DNA of 64,000 nucleotides from Batkoa obscura (Eukaryota): NCBI GenBank assembly GCA_030770535.1, contig JASVEC010000014.1, positions 248,001 to 312,000 of the forward strand, read 5' to 3'. Shown piece by piece: positions 24,831 to 36,700 of this stretch (position 1 is its first letter; each line of letters starts with the position of its first letter). The notes under the pieces were generated by a model. It saw only the letters and a program-made list of their open reading frames with translations, ran no database searches and was not told where the DNA came from. The position numbers and the translations under genes were made by a program.

Positions 24831-24925
24831 TGGGGGTGTTTTTTTTCATTACTTTTTCCATCTTTTAAGCACTATATGAGCGAAAAGTTGTTAGCAACAT
24901 TCTTAAACAAGAAAATACGTCCCCA
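24831..24925 (-). mobile_element. MITE-like element, copy 4
   Basis: TA|TGGGGGTGTTTTTT...AAAATACGTCCCCA|TA, the reverse complement of copy 3. It lies between peptide genes A and B. Confidence 0.82.
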
Positions 24926-25478
24926 TATACCAAATTATTTCCAGCCATTTTTTAATTTTTATTAACACAATATTAGGCAAGTATCTCTTTCAAAGTATCA
25001 AGTTTTTTTCTTCATTAATATATTTCTACCAGTAACAGAAAAATATATGGAAGCAATGATTTTGAATTTCCTAAGCTATCTTTAGAATTAGTATTTAGCT
25101 ATTATTGAACCATTTTTTGTCAACTATTATTGCATCATTATACTCTAGTAAGTTGTAAGTTAAACGATACATTTAACTTTAAAAAGTAAAACAAAAGCAG
25201 ATTTAAAGCGTTGAAGTTTGAACATGTAAATAAAATTAATTAATTATTGTTTTGTATAATATTAGATCTTAGAGTATAATAGTAAGAATGAAAATTACTT
25301 TTACCAGATAAGATTGATTAAAGCAATGTTAGCTATCGGAGGTTTATTAGTATTACATAAATAATCTAAATAGTTTGAAAGTTTATTAAATAATCAAAAA
25401 TGGTTAATTTTATTGATTTGATTAGTCGAATTTAGTAATTAAATATTGACGACATAACATAAATCGGGTTATTGAGAG

Positions 25479-25486
25479 TATAAAAG
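25479..25486 (+). promoter_or_regulatory. TATA box of secreted peptide gene B
   Basis: Within GAGTATAAAAGCAAACTAAAA, which is identical to gene A's promoter; 90 nt upstream of the ATG. Confidence 0.7.
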
Positions 25487-25568
25487 CAAACTAAAACAAT
25501 CAATCAAAGTTATAATACATCTACATTCAAATATTAGTACCTAGATAACTTTAAACTATATTATAAAC

Positions 25569-25829
25569 ATGCAATTCAAATTACTTATCGCTGCTTTCTT
25601 CGCTACTACTTTCGCTATTCCAACCCCAAATGGTATTGCTGATTTGATTAATCCTTTAAACACTGCTAAAACCACTGTTGAAGCTGGCGACACACTTGCT
25701 AAAGAATCTAAAAGTGAAGTTGATGATGTCGAAGGTAAAGCTAAGGATAAAGCTATCAATGGTGTTAATACAGTTCCTAGAAGAGTTAAAGAAGTCGCTC
25801 CAGGAGTTCAAAATATACCAGGGCTTTAA
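25569..25829 (+). CDS. Small secreted peptide family member B (86 aa)
   Basis: MQFKLLIAAFFATTFA-IPTPNGI...VKEVAPG; the 90 nt upstream are homologous to gene A's upstream region. Confidence 0.87.
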   Translation: MQFKLLIAAFFATTFAIPTPNGIADLINPLNTAKTTVEAGDTLAKESKSEVDDVEGKAKDKAINGVNTVPRRVKEVAPGVQNIPGL

Positions 25830-26194
25830 ATGAGATTAATAAGTTCAAGCTAAGGCTACTATTAAAGACTCATTAAGTCCATCATAATTGATTTTAATAA
25901 AGCTTTGATTTCCATCAATTTATTTTTATTATGATAATTTACCTAACTTACAAATATTAATCTTACAAATAGTTTAAACTATAAATAATGTCCAAAATTA
26001 AAATTAAAATATTGAAATCTAATTTATCAAGGTAGACTAGTTAAACATAGTTTAATAACTATATTTTAAAATACAATAAATTAAGTAAAACTTAGTTTAC
26101 TGTTACAACTTATAGGACAAATATAATAACTATAAAGAATATAATACAGAATATGGGCGCACATAATATAAATTAAAATGAAACTTTTATATTA

Positions 26195-27957
26195 TTAACT
26201 AGGGGGAGATGAGGAAAGATTTAAAAGATTAATTATATTATTTAACTTTTCTTCACTATTCAATTCTTCGATTTCTTCAAGGTCTACTTCTTTCATGTAT
26301 TTTTTAATAATAGCAAACAGCTGCTTATTCTGTTCATTTATTTGCTGTTGATTAGATATGATACTTTCCTTTGCATGCAATAAGACTGAGTATTTAGAGT
26401 CTTTCTCAGTCATTCCTGTAAGGGTATTCCTTAATACATTAAATTGGTCATTTAAAGCTTGTCTACGCAAGCGTTCGGAATCTTTATGTGCCTTTCTCTT
26501 TTTTTCAATTTGTAAACTTGCTTGAGGTCCAAAATCTAATCCAAAATCTTTGTTTTTTCCTTCAAGTAAAAGCTGATAATTAGATTTGGTAGCTAATTGA
26601 TTCATAAAATTTGTACTATTATTTATAATAATTGGCGTAAATGGAGTATTGCTAGAGTTGATACTTATTTCATTCATTCCTGGTGTCAATCGTTCATTAT
26701 GTGTTTCAAGTGAGTTAGGGTATATACTTTTATTGGGCAACAGGGGCAAAAGCTTTCTTTCTGAGACTTTTCTTTCCCTTTTATTGCGCCGTCTTGTTAT
26801 TGTTTCTTGCTTTAGTATTTTTGTTTGTTCGCTACTATCATTATGGTCATCTTGTTTTAAATCAGGCTCTGTATCATGACTAGTTAGATTGGTTGATAAT
26901 ATAAAAGGATTGCTATTGGCTAAATCAACATTGGAAGTCTCATTTTTAGCGTCTAAAGTAGAGCTTGAGTTTTTATCCTCAGTTTCTTTGTCATTCTTAA
27001 TAATAGTTTGCTCGTCATTTTTTTGTTTTAAGCTCTTTTTTGTTTTAATTCTTGGGGCAATTTTTTTCTTTATCCTAGGAACTTCAGGAAGACTTATTGT
27101 TTTAATGTCTTTTAATAAATGTGGAGTTTCAGGCTGAAACAGCCTATTGTGACTTATATTCCCATTACTTGATATTCCAGTTGGTGAAAATAAATTATTA
27201 GCTGTACTATCTTGATAAATAGCATTAGCAGAATGTATACTCCTCTGCATTAGAAAAGGTGCAGTTGGAGTGGAGGGTGGGGGATGAGAATTACTATTTA
27301 AAGATAAATCATAAGAGTTTGGGAGTTTATGATCCAAATCCATACTAAAATTAGGGTGTCCTTCCTTAAAAAATGACTCATCTTGGTTGAATAGGTTGGT
27401 TTGATTTACCATTTCATTATAATTTCCTCCTAAATTGAATACTCCTCTAAATCCCATTTAATTATTAATCTTTGTTCTAAAAATTTAAATTACCTTTCAA
27501 TTTGATTTGAATATCCCACATGGTTTTGACCATTTGAGGGATTCCATGTTTGACTTAACAATTTAAATTGCTGCTGTTGTATAATATAATCTGTATTAGG
27601 ATTATTTTGCTCACGAAAAGTTGTTGTAGAATTTTCCGATTCCATATTGTTAAGATGATTTTCATTGCTTGAACCCTCACCATAAGTAATTTTATTGAAA
27701 GGATGGCTAATACTCATTAGTTCATCTCGAGATTGAGGGAAAGAAGGTACTTCGCTTAACCCAATGTCTTGGTAACCTATACTATTATTGAAACTAAATC
27801 CATTTTGAAAAAAATGAGAGTTTCCATGGGCATTTATATTTTGGTAAGGGCTAGCTTCAAACAAGGTAGTATCAAAACTATAATTATATTCCTGAGACAT
27901 TGTATTCGAATCGAAGCAAGTAGTACTATTTTTATTTGCAACACTTTTTTCTTCCAT
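26195..27957 (-). CDS. Pho4/NUC-1-like bHLH transcription factor (2 exons)
   Basis: bHLH KRKAHKDSERLRRQALNDQFNVLR..SKYSVLLHAKESI preceded by LATKSNYQLLLEG, like the LASKSNYQNILEG block of NUC-1/PalcA. A 46-nt intron (27493-27448) joins the two ORFs in frame. Several TP/SP sites. Confidence 0.8.
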
Positions 27958-28718
27958 ACGATAATATAAAGTGGCCAATTTCTTGAAGTTATTAAATTTC
28001 AAGCTTTATTGGCTTTTAAACTATTAAAACTAAAGAGAATTTAATACTTGTTTTTGTGATTCTGTATAAACCATTTTACTATTGATTAATATATTAGGCA
28101 CATGGGCCTTATGCAGCCTCTAATTGGACATTCAAGAACTAACCTTTATCATTTCTTGAATGGTTTAATAGGAATTTCTAATTTTAGACATAATTTTTAG
28201 AATTTTTTTGTTCTTTATTGATTAATATCATATATTCATATATATACTAGATTTTGGTAGTAAAAGATCATGAAAAATAAAACATTTTAAAATTAAGTAT
28301 ATATTAATCAGTATATGTCACTATTATTTAAAGTATGGTTAGTCATACTTGAATTTTTTGACTTAACTGTTTAAATTTATAATCAATTCCTAATTTTTCT
28401 CTATCCAATGATAGGCCAGTAAGGTAATAGCAGGTGTAAGACCAAGAGGAAGCTTATCTCTGGGTACACCTACAATTACAATAGTAATCTTGGAAGCATG
28501 GAAAAATGGAACGAAGTTTTGAAAATGCATTCTATTTTATCACTTTAGTTATTTCATTATAAAAAATAGATGTTGAATAAAGTTCAGATTGGAAATCCGG
28601 AAGATTAAAATGAAACAGAATACATGCTACCCAATCAATTTAAATTTAAATTTAAAAAGCTCAATAGCAATCAAAAAGGAAAAACTTAAGATTAGTAATT
28701 CTTAATTTAACTTCAAAG

Positions 28719-29377
28719 ATGATTACATCACTTTTTAGAATTCAAGCTAGAAAAGCGCAACTTGCAACATTCACCATTTTAACTCAAACGTTAGCTTTAA
28801 ATACCTTTAGCAAAGTTTGTTTAATAAATAAAAACTCAATACCATCAGTATTTTTAAACCATTGTTACAGTAATAAGGAAGAAATGGGAAGCATTAATAA
28901 AAGTGAGGATGAATGGAGAGCAGTGTTATCAAAAGAACAATTCCGAATTCTGAGAGAAAAAGGAACTGAGCCTGCTGGTAGCGGAGAGTATGATAAATTT
29001 TATGAAAAAGGTAATCAATAAAGTACTTAATAAATAGTTTCATCTAATATATGAAGGTGTTTATCTATGTGCTGGCTGCGATTCGCCATTATATAAATCT
29101 GATTTCAAGTTTAACTCTGGATGCGGTTGGCCAGCCTTTTTTGATGCTCTTCCAGGTATAACTTTTTTTTCAATATTTATTCATTTCTTACAATAATTTC
29201 TAAGGTGCAATTAAGCAACATGAAGATAAATCATTTGGGATGACTAGAATTGAAATCACTTGCGCTAAATGTGGTGGTCATTTAGGTCACCTTTTCAAAA
29301 ATGAAGGATTTAATACTCCAAAGAATGAGCGTCACTGTGTAAATAGTGTTAGTCTTAAATTTAATAATGATTCATAA
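28719..29377 (+). CDS. MSRB: Peptide methionine-R-sulfoxide reductase MsrB (3 exons)
   Basis: [63 protein letters not shown]. Confidence 0.95.
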
Positions 29378-29880
29378 GCTTATTTATAATATATATAATA
29401 CTATACACTGATTTTAATTGTGATTTAATACTGTACTTGATTTTCTGTTTTTATATTTTATATTATTTAGTTTAAATATAATGATATTTTAAAATAAATA
29501 GAGCCCCAGTCATTACTATAGAACTGTGATCTAGTTTATTTTATATGCCTTCTGTGATATAGATTTACAAGGATTTTTTAAAAATAAAATGCAATGCCAA
29601 GATAAAAAATATTTTTTACATAAACTAAGTACTATACCATACATTTTATGGAGATGTTTAATAGCTTTTATTACTTCTACTGCTATACTAATATAGTAGA
29701 TTAATTTAGAACACGTGAGTGCAATATAAGACTTTTTAACTAAAAGAGTAGATAAAATTTTAATTAAAATCGAAAAGTCAGGATTAGTAAAATATTCTCA
29801 AGATGTTAGACCAATAAAATTTATCTCAAACTTTAATAATAAATGAAAATAAATAAATTATATATCCTCTGTTTTTTAAA

Positions 29881-31321
29881 ATGGCCAGTATTAGCATGGA
29901 AGAAAAAGTTAACATTAAACCTACAGTACCTTCAAAGTAAAATATCATAGAATTTTAGCTATGATCTATAATAGTTATTTTTATTTATAGTTTAGCAACT
30001 AAATTAATAAATGGTGCAATAGCCGGAGTAACCGGTACATTAATAATATTCCCAATTGATATGGTAAAAACAAGATTACAGAACCAAAAAAAAGTTGATG
30101 GCAAGTATCCCTATAATGGAGGGTAACTCTAATATTTATTTATTTAAAAAAAACCTTAACATTAATCAAGTGTCGATTGTTTCCGTAAAATAGTATCAAA
30201 GGAGGGTGCAAAAGGGCTATACCGGGGTTTAATACCTAATTTAATAGGTGTCACCCCAGAAAAAGCAATCAAAGTAAATAACTGTGTAAATTTTTACTTC
30301 AATTAATAAAAATAAAAGTTAGCTGTAAATGACCTTACTAGAGAATCATTGGCAGCTAGATTATCCGTTACTCCAGATGAGCTTCCAATTCAATATGGGA
30401 TGGTAATACACTTAACTACAACGATAAATCATGTTATAACAAATTTTAGCTAGCTGGCGCTACAGCAGGGTTCTGTCAGGTAAGCTTAACAAAATTTTCT
30501 GATTAAAACTTTAACACAATTTTAATAGGTTATTGGTAATAACTAAAAATGGTAATGATAACCAAAATATTAATTGAATCATAGCAACCAATCCTATGGA
30601 AATTGTAAAAATAAGAATGCAAGTAGCTGGAAGTAATTTAGCACCAGGTGCTACACGTCCTACTGCAATTCAAATAGTGAAAGATTTAGGATTAAGGGGT
30701 ATGTACAAAGGAACTGCTGCCACGTTATTAAGGTAATAATTGTTAAACATTACTTGTGCTATTTCTTAGTTTTTATTAGAGATGTACCATTTTCTATATT
30801 ATTTTTCCCCTCTCATGCTTATCTCAAGCAAAAATTTGCTTCTGAAGATGGTACCACCTCTTTTAGTGCTGTTTTTGGCTCTGGTATTATTGCAGGTAAA
30901 GATAAAAGCTGTCAATATAGTTCTTTTTAACTTTTTTTGTAAAAGGTGCAATTGCCGCTGCTGCCGTAACCCCTTCAGATGGTAATTCGCTCAATTTGTT
31001 CTTGAATATTATTTATTTTATTAGTTATAAAAACACGTCTTCAAGTTGCTGCTAAATCGGGCGATGTTGTATATACTGGATATTGGAATTGTTTAAAGTA
31101 ATAGAAATATACGACTTTTATTTATTTATTAACTCATTTAAAATAGAACAATTGTTGCAACTGAAGGACCAAGTGCATTGTTTAGAGGAGCAGGTGCAAG
31201 GGCTTTAATTGTTGCGGTAAGTTTTTGAATATTTAGTATAATTAATTAATTCCTTCTTTAGCCCCTCTTTGGTATTGCACTTCTCACTTATGAAGTTCAA
31301 CAAAAATTATTTAAAAAATAG
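29881..31321 (+). CDS. Mitochondrial carrier, glutamate or aspartate-glutamate type without EF-hands (about 11 exons)
   Basis: [97 protein letters not shown]. Confidence 0.92.
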
Positions 31322-31627
31322 AATTAGCGATTTTAGTTTATTAAGTTACAAAAGTAATGATTATAAAATAATTCTTATTCATGACAAGTTAAATAATTGA
31401 CTAATCAAAATTTACCTTCTAATAAAATTATTGAACTTATAAAATGTATTACCTCTATCAAATTATATTTTTAAGCTGGATAGTATAATTATTGTAAATA
31501 TGTCATAATTTTATTATAATAAACTTTATTTCCATAAACTATTAAACACAACCATATAAATTCATAAAAGTACTTTAGTTGGCCTTATGTAAATAGAGTT
31601 AAGTCAAAATTAAATGTCACTTTAAGC

Positions 31628-33013
31628 CTAAGCTGATAATTCAACAGCAAAAGCAGCAGCAAGACGCGAAAACTGGTGAACATGGTGAAAGGAGATAGTA
31701 TCTACTGTATCACTAGGAGAGTGAATATTAGGGTTGGATTCGATATCTGGATCTTCGATAGGGAAGGCTGATCTAAAGCCATATTTATTCCAAGAAGCAT
31801 GATCAGAACAAGCATAACCACAGCGGGAATTAACCCATTTAAGGTCAGAGTACTGATCAATAAGCTTACGTAAAAACGCGCTTAAAGCTGGGTCAGTAAA
31901 ATCTTCGACAACTGCAATTTGTTCCTTTCTAGCAAAATGCCCTGTCATATCAAAGTGCATCATTGCAACTACATTTTTATTTTGATGAGAATATGCTTTA
32001 GCAATATCTTGGGAGCCTAACAATCCCGCTTCTTCCCCAGAATACCAATGGAATTCCAAAGTACGATTTGGCTTAAACCCACCTTCAACTAACACTCTAA
32101 AAGCATCATAAATTGAGGTACTTCCAGAACCATCATCATCTGCACCTGGTGCTCTACCAAACCATGGTATCCATTGGTTGACTGAATCTTGATGTGCTCC
32201 AACAACTATAATTTCATCTTTCTTGTCGCTACCTTCAAATCTAGCAATGATACTAGATTGTGGCCAAGAATGTTTAAAATAATCCAAAGTAATCTTAACA
32301 CCATCCTTTTTCTTTAATACTTCATTTAAAGAATCAAATATAAAGTGACTAGAATCTACACCAGATTTAGAACGATAATAGCGGGTGTAAAAAGAGGTTA
32401 ATTTAGTCAAAAACCTCTTCATGCTATCTTCTGACAAATTTTCAAGATAGCCATTCACTTGTCTAATGTGGGTAGGCCCGGTAGGTAATGGAATTTTGTT
32501 TTTAATTGCTTTGGCAATTTTAAGATCAAGCTCATCTTCATCAGTGACGTCAAAATATTTTTCATTAGTTTGAACCTTACGCCAGTAAGCTTCAATAGGA
32601 GATAAATCCAGAACTGGCCCATCGTGTGAAAATTTGTACTTTCTTTTAGTTAACAAAAATTCTTTAGTTTCTGCATCGATGTCAGTTAAACCAGAAAATA
32701 AATTCATTTGTTCAGCTAGTTGAATAGTAAAATATTTAAAGTCCTCAAAGTTATTGACTTCCTTTATAAGGCTTTCGGTTGAGTCAACAACATTCAACTT
32801 TAAAGCCTCGATTAATGTACTAAATGGGTACCCTTCCTCTTCCTCCTCTTCTTGCTCAACTTCCTCAACTTTCTTTAGTACATGATGTTTTGGAATAACA
32901 TCTTCGGGGTCTTGGGATTGTATAAAAAAACGAGAGCCCTTTGAGATAGTCGTACCTTGAATCGAACTTAATGCAATGATTGCATATACACTTAATACCT
33001 TTAGAGAAACCAT
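31628..33013 (-). CDS. Secreted M28 leucine aminopeptidase (LAP1-like), intronless
   Basis: Signal peptide; Zn-ligand motifs GAHQDS, APGADDDGSG, YSGEEAGLLGS, HFDMTG, CGYACSDHASW, IHSPSD. Confidence 0.95.
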   Translation of the reverse strand: MVSLKVLSVYAIIALSSIQGTTISKGSRFFIQSQDPEDVIPKHHVLKKVEEVEQEEEEEEGYPFSTLIEALKLNVVDSTESLIKEVNNFEDFKYFTIQLAEQMNLFSGLTDIDAETKEFLLTKRKYKFSHDGPVLDLSPIEAYWRKVQTNEKYFDVTDEDELDLKIAKAIKNKIPLPTGPTHIRQVNGYLENLSEDSMKRFLTKLTSFYTRYYRSKSGVDSSHFIFDSLNEVLKKKDGVKITLDYFKHSWPQSSIIARFEGSDKKDEIIVVGAHQDSVNQWIPWFGRAPGADDDGSGSTSIYDAFRVLVEGGFKPNRTLEFHWYSGEEAGLLGSQDIAKAYSHQNKNVVAMMHFDMTGHFARKEQIAVVEDFTDPALSAFLRKLIDQYSDLKWVNSRCGYACSDHASWNKYGFRSAFPIEDPDIESNPNIHSPSDTVDTISFHHVHQFSRLAAAFAVELSA

Positions 33014-33771
33014 TGATAGGGAATAATTTAAAAAATTGCTTTTATTTGGCAGTCACGTTCAAAGCTTAGCAATACAAGCTGCCAATTATTGTTTATAATT
33101 TATTAAAGTGTGAATTGATTGGATAAAATCAAATATGAGTTTTATGAGTATTAAAAAAAGGATCAAAATATTAAAAATTGCGATGTGGCATTTATATTTA
33201 GTATAGCCTCTATTATAGCATAATTATAAAGCATTTACTATTATGTCGTATAATATTTATGTCTACTTCAGGTATTTAAAGTTATCCGATTTTTTGGGCC
33301 CTATATCTTATATAATAATTCTAGTTATTACATAATATTCAAGGTATATTTCATTAAACAACAAAGCTATAAATAATATTTTATGTATTAGTTTAAAAGC
33401 TTGGTTCAGAATTTGTTCAATTTTGATTTTAGTAAAAATTGCGAATTAGGTATCAAATGCTACAAAAATAGCTACTTCAATTTTAAGATTAAGTATAAAA
33501 GTGTTTTTTTGTTTAGTTGTCTAATATCTTTTTCAAAGTTTTATGCTAAAGAAAATGGTCTAAAAAAGTGAAGTTAGAAAATTTTATTTTTTTAATTAAG
33601 CTTTTAAACTTATTCATATTTGAAAATATTATTTTTAGCGTCAATACTCTGATTCCTTGTATCAATTTAAAACAACAGTATTTAGACTCCAAAATAATTT
33701 ATTTTTAAAACAATATTAACTTTTTTAAGTAATAATATAAATATTTGCAATTTATGCAAGTGAGAAGAAGG

Positions 33772-36700
33772 TTATCTGATGTTTGAGGGAATTCCATAAA
33801 GTATTGGTGCAGCACCAATTAAATATTTAAGACGGCAAACTTCTCTAGCTTTAGAAATAGCCATTGATAAAGAACATTTAGCACCACTATCTCCTTTATG
33901 AAAGGGTTGAACTCCCCAATTCTCAAATGTAGCAGCAGTGAAAAGATCAATATCTTTATCAGTGACATCCCAAAGATTGCCTAAAACTCCTGTAGAGCCA
34001 GCCATAAGATACTGCATTACTGTACCATCAAGGTCGCACTCACCCTCATACTTTAAAACTCCTGAAGAGCATCCAAAAATAAGTGCAACAGCACAATTTT
34101 GGATTCCTCTCAAATTTTTAGTTGGAAATACATGTTCACTAGAACCATGTCCAATATACCTACAAATAAATAAGTAGATAAAAGAGGTTGAAATGCAACT
34201 TACGTATAAATATCTTTTTCCTGTAATTTGTTAGCTACGTATTTTTTGTCTGGGATTTTTCTCTCTGTACCTTCCCAGCCTGTACTAAAACAGAAATTTA
34301 AATTAACATTAAAAATAATGAGAAAAAATAATTTTACCATTTGAGTTCAGAAGAAAATCTATCATAAGTTTTTGGAAGGTTTCTATCGGCATCCAAAATA
34401 TAGTAACCATTTTTAGAATTAACGACTGGGATACAAACTTCACCTCGATCATTTTTATTTAAAGTTAACAAAGAGTCTCTTAAGAATGAAAGACATGGTA
34501 GTCTAGAAACCGATCTTTCTCTAAGGCTAGGTAAGCTTTCCCATGGTAAAGACTGAGTATATTTATCCAAAATTAAAATAAGATGGTCATCATTTTTATC
34601 TAGTTGTTCTGGATAATCCAATTCATAAAACTGATTACATACATCTTCAACTTTCCTATACAACTAAATATTTGTTAAAGTTTTTCCGATTTATACTTAT
34701 ATACTAGCTACCTCTTTAAAGCAATTCTCATTAATGTCAAAACAAATCTGAGATTGATCAACCAACATACCTGACAGCCAAGTGTTAACAAGACTATGTA
34801 ATAAAGGTTCAGTAATATTTTTCTTAAGCGCTAACACTGTTTTCATTGAACACTCATCTAAAGTAATTCTTACTCCTGGAAATCTTTCATTCAAAAAGGC
34901 ATCCCAAAGCCCTTGGATATCATTATAGAAGCAACTGAGTTTATCATTTGTTTCGAATGGTAAGAAGGTCCCTATAAATCCCTTTAACACATCAGTTTCA
35001 AAGTTCCTAAGGAATCTCTCAAGTTTTACGTCCAAGTTTTCCCTTTTAAACCACCATTCTGCATTATTTACTTTAGAGCGAATATTGCTACTATCTTTAA
35101 TTATTTTAGTGCTTTCTTGAATAATTAAATGGAATTCTTTCATGAGTTCTTTAAATTTATCATGGGGCTGATCTACATAAAAACTATTGAAGTTTAAGTT
35201 GTTTTCGCACTTATTATTACCAACATGCAATTTTCTGCCACATTTAATCGGAAAGCGGACAAGCAACGGATGTTTGAGATTCGATTCATATCTCTTGATA
35301 CAAAGTTCATTTGTCTCAGGTAAATAATGAACTGAACATATTCTCCAATTATAAGGCAATGAACTTATAACGCTATTGAAATATTCTTCTGGCTTGAAAT
35401 TAAATTCATTTTCGTAGCCTTTCAATTTCTCGCTAACTATTTTATCATCCCTTTTATACTCCATATTTCTAGAGTCTTCATAAAATTTTGGCCATTTTAA
35501 GCTATCAGTATCATTAGCAGTCAAATAGCCTTTTAAATTTTGAATTATTGTAGTTTTCAAATTGGCACAATTAGTCATCTCTAAAAGGTAACTTATCCAG
35601 TAACATGCTTTTGAAGGGTCTAATGTTCTATTATCACCAATTGCCTGTATTGTATGTGCTAATGCTAGATCCCTAAATCCAAATGAAACATTACCACCGT
35701 TGATATCATTAGCATTATGTTTAAAATAATTCATATAGTCTAAAAGAAGCTCTCCAATGATATTCTTATCTGTCTCATTTAGAGACAAATAATTTTTTGA
35801 TGGTTGAGGTTCAATTTGCACCAACAAAGGGAGAGACCAAGCTACTAAATGTTAATAATATGATTCTAGCCTTAAAAGAAAATTACCTTGTGTGAAAAGA
35901 TTAAATACTTCATGAGTAGAAACGTATCTACTTAAAAAGCTCTTTACATTGTAGTGAAATAGCCCTAACTTAATAGTAGGAAATCGATCGGACCCTTTAT
36001 TCGCCACTTTAGACAAAAATTGAGCCTCTTCCATATTGTTATTTATATGATGAACTGCTGTATAGACATAAGCCATCAAAACATTTCTTTTTGTTAAATT
36101 ATCACTTATATCATTAATGATAGAATTAAAATAATTTTTTGCATCATTGATTTCCAAACCCTTTCCAGTGAGGTATTGAAGGTGAATTTTAGAAGCATAA
36201 TAGCTAGCTTTAATTATATCTCTTTTGCTATAATCACATTCCTCTATAAGGTTAATCTCATTTAATAAGTTTTCACTTTCACTAAATCTATTTAAACGAG
36301 TACAAACTTGCACTAATATCAATTTAAAATCTCGAGTCCATCTACTTAAATTTAATTCTTGACTTAATTCAAGTCCTTGTTTGAGATATTGTTCACTGAG
36401 AATTAATAAATTTAATTCCAAATTTGCAATCCCAAGGCTGTACCAATTATTTAATGAAGCCTGTGAAAATTTATTAATATTATACTTGTAGTACACTTTT
36501 ATAATTATGTTATACCTCTACAATATGTGAATTGGAAAAGATACTCAGAAGTTGAACTAAGCTTTTAGGCTTTATTCCACTTGTATTTACAAAGTTGTAT
36601 GGAGGCTTTTGTAAACCATAACTAATACTCTTTAAAATCAAATCATTCAACTGTTCTCCAGTAGCGTTTACTAGTACGTACTTTTTTTGATCCAAATACT

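Noticed and set aside
29320..29377. Selenocysteine in MsrB (some early-diverging fungi use Sec)
   Set aside because: The catalytic codon in RHCVNS is TGT (Cys) and there is no in-frame TGA.
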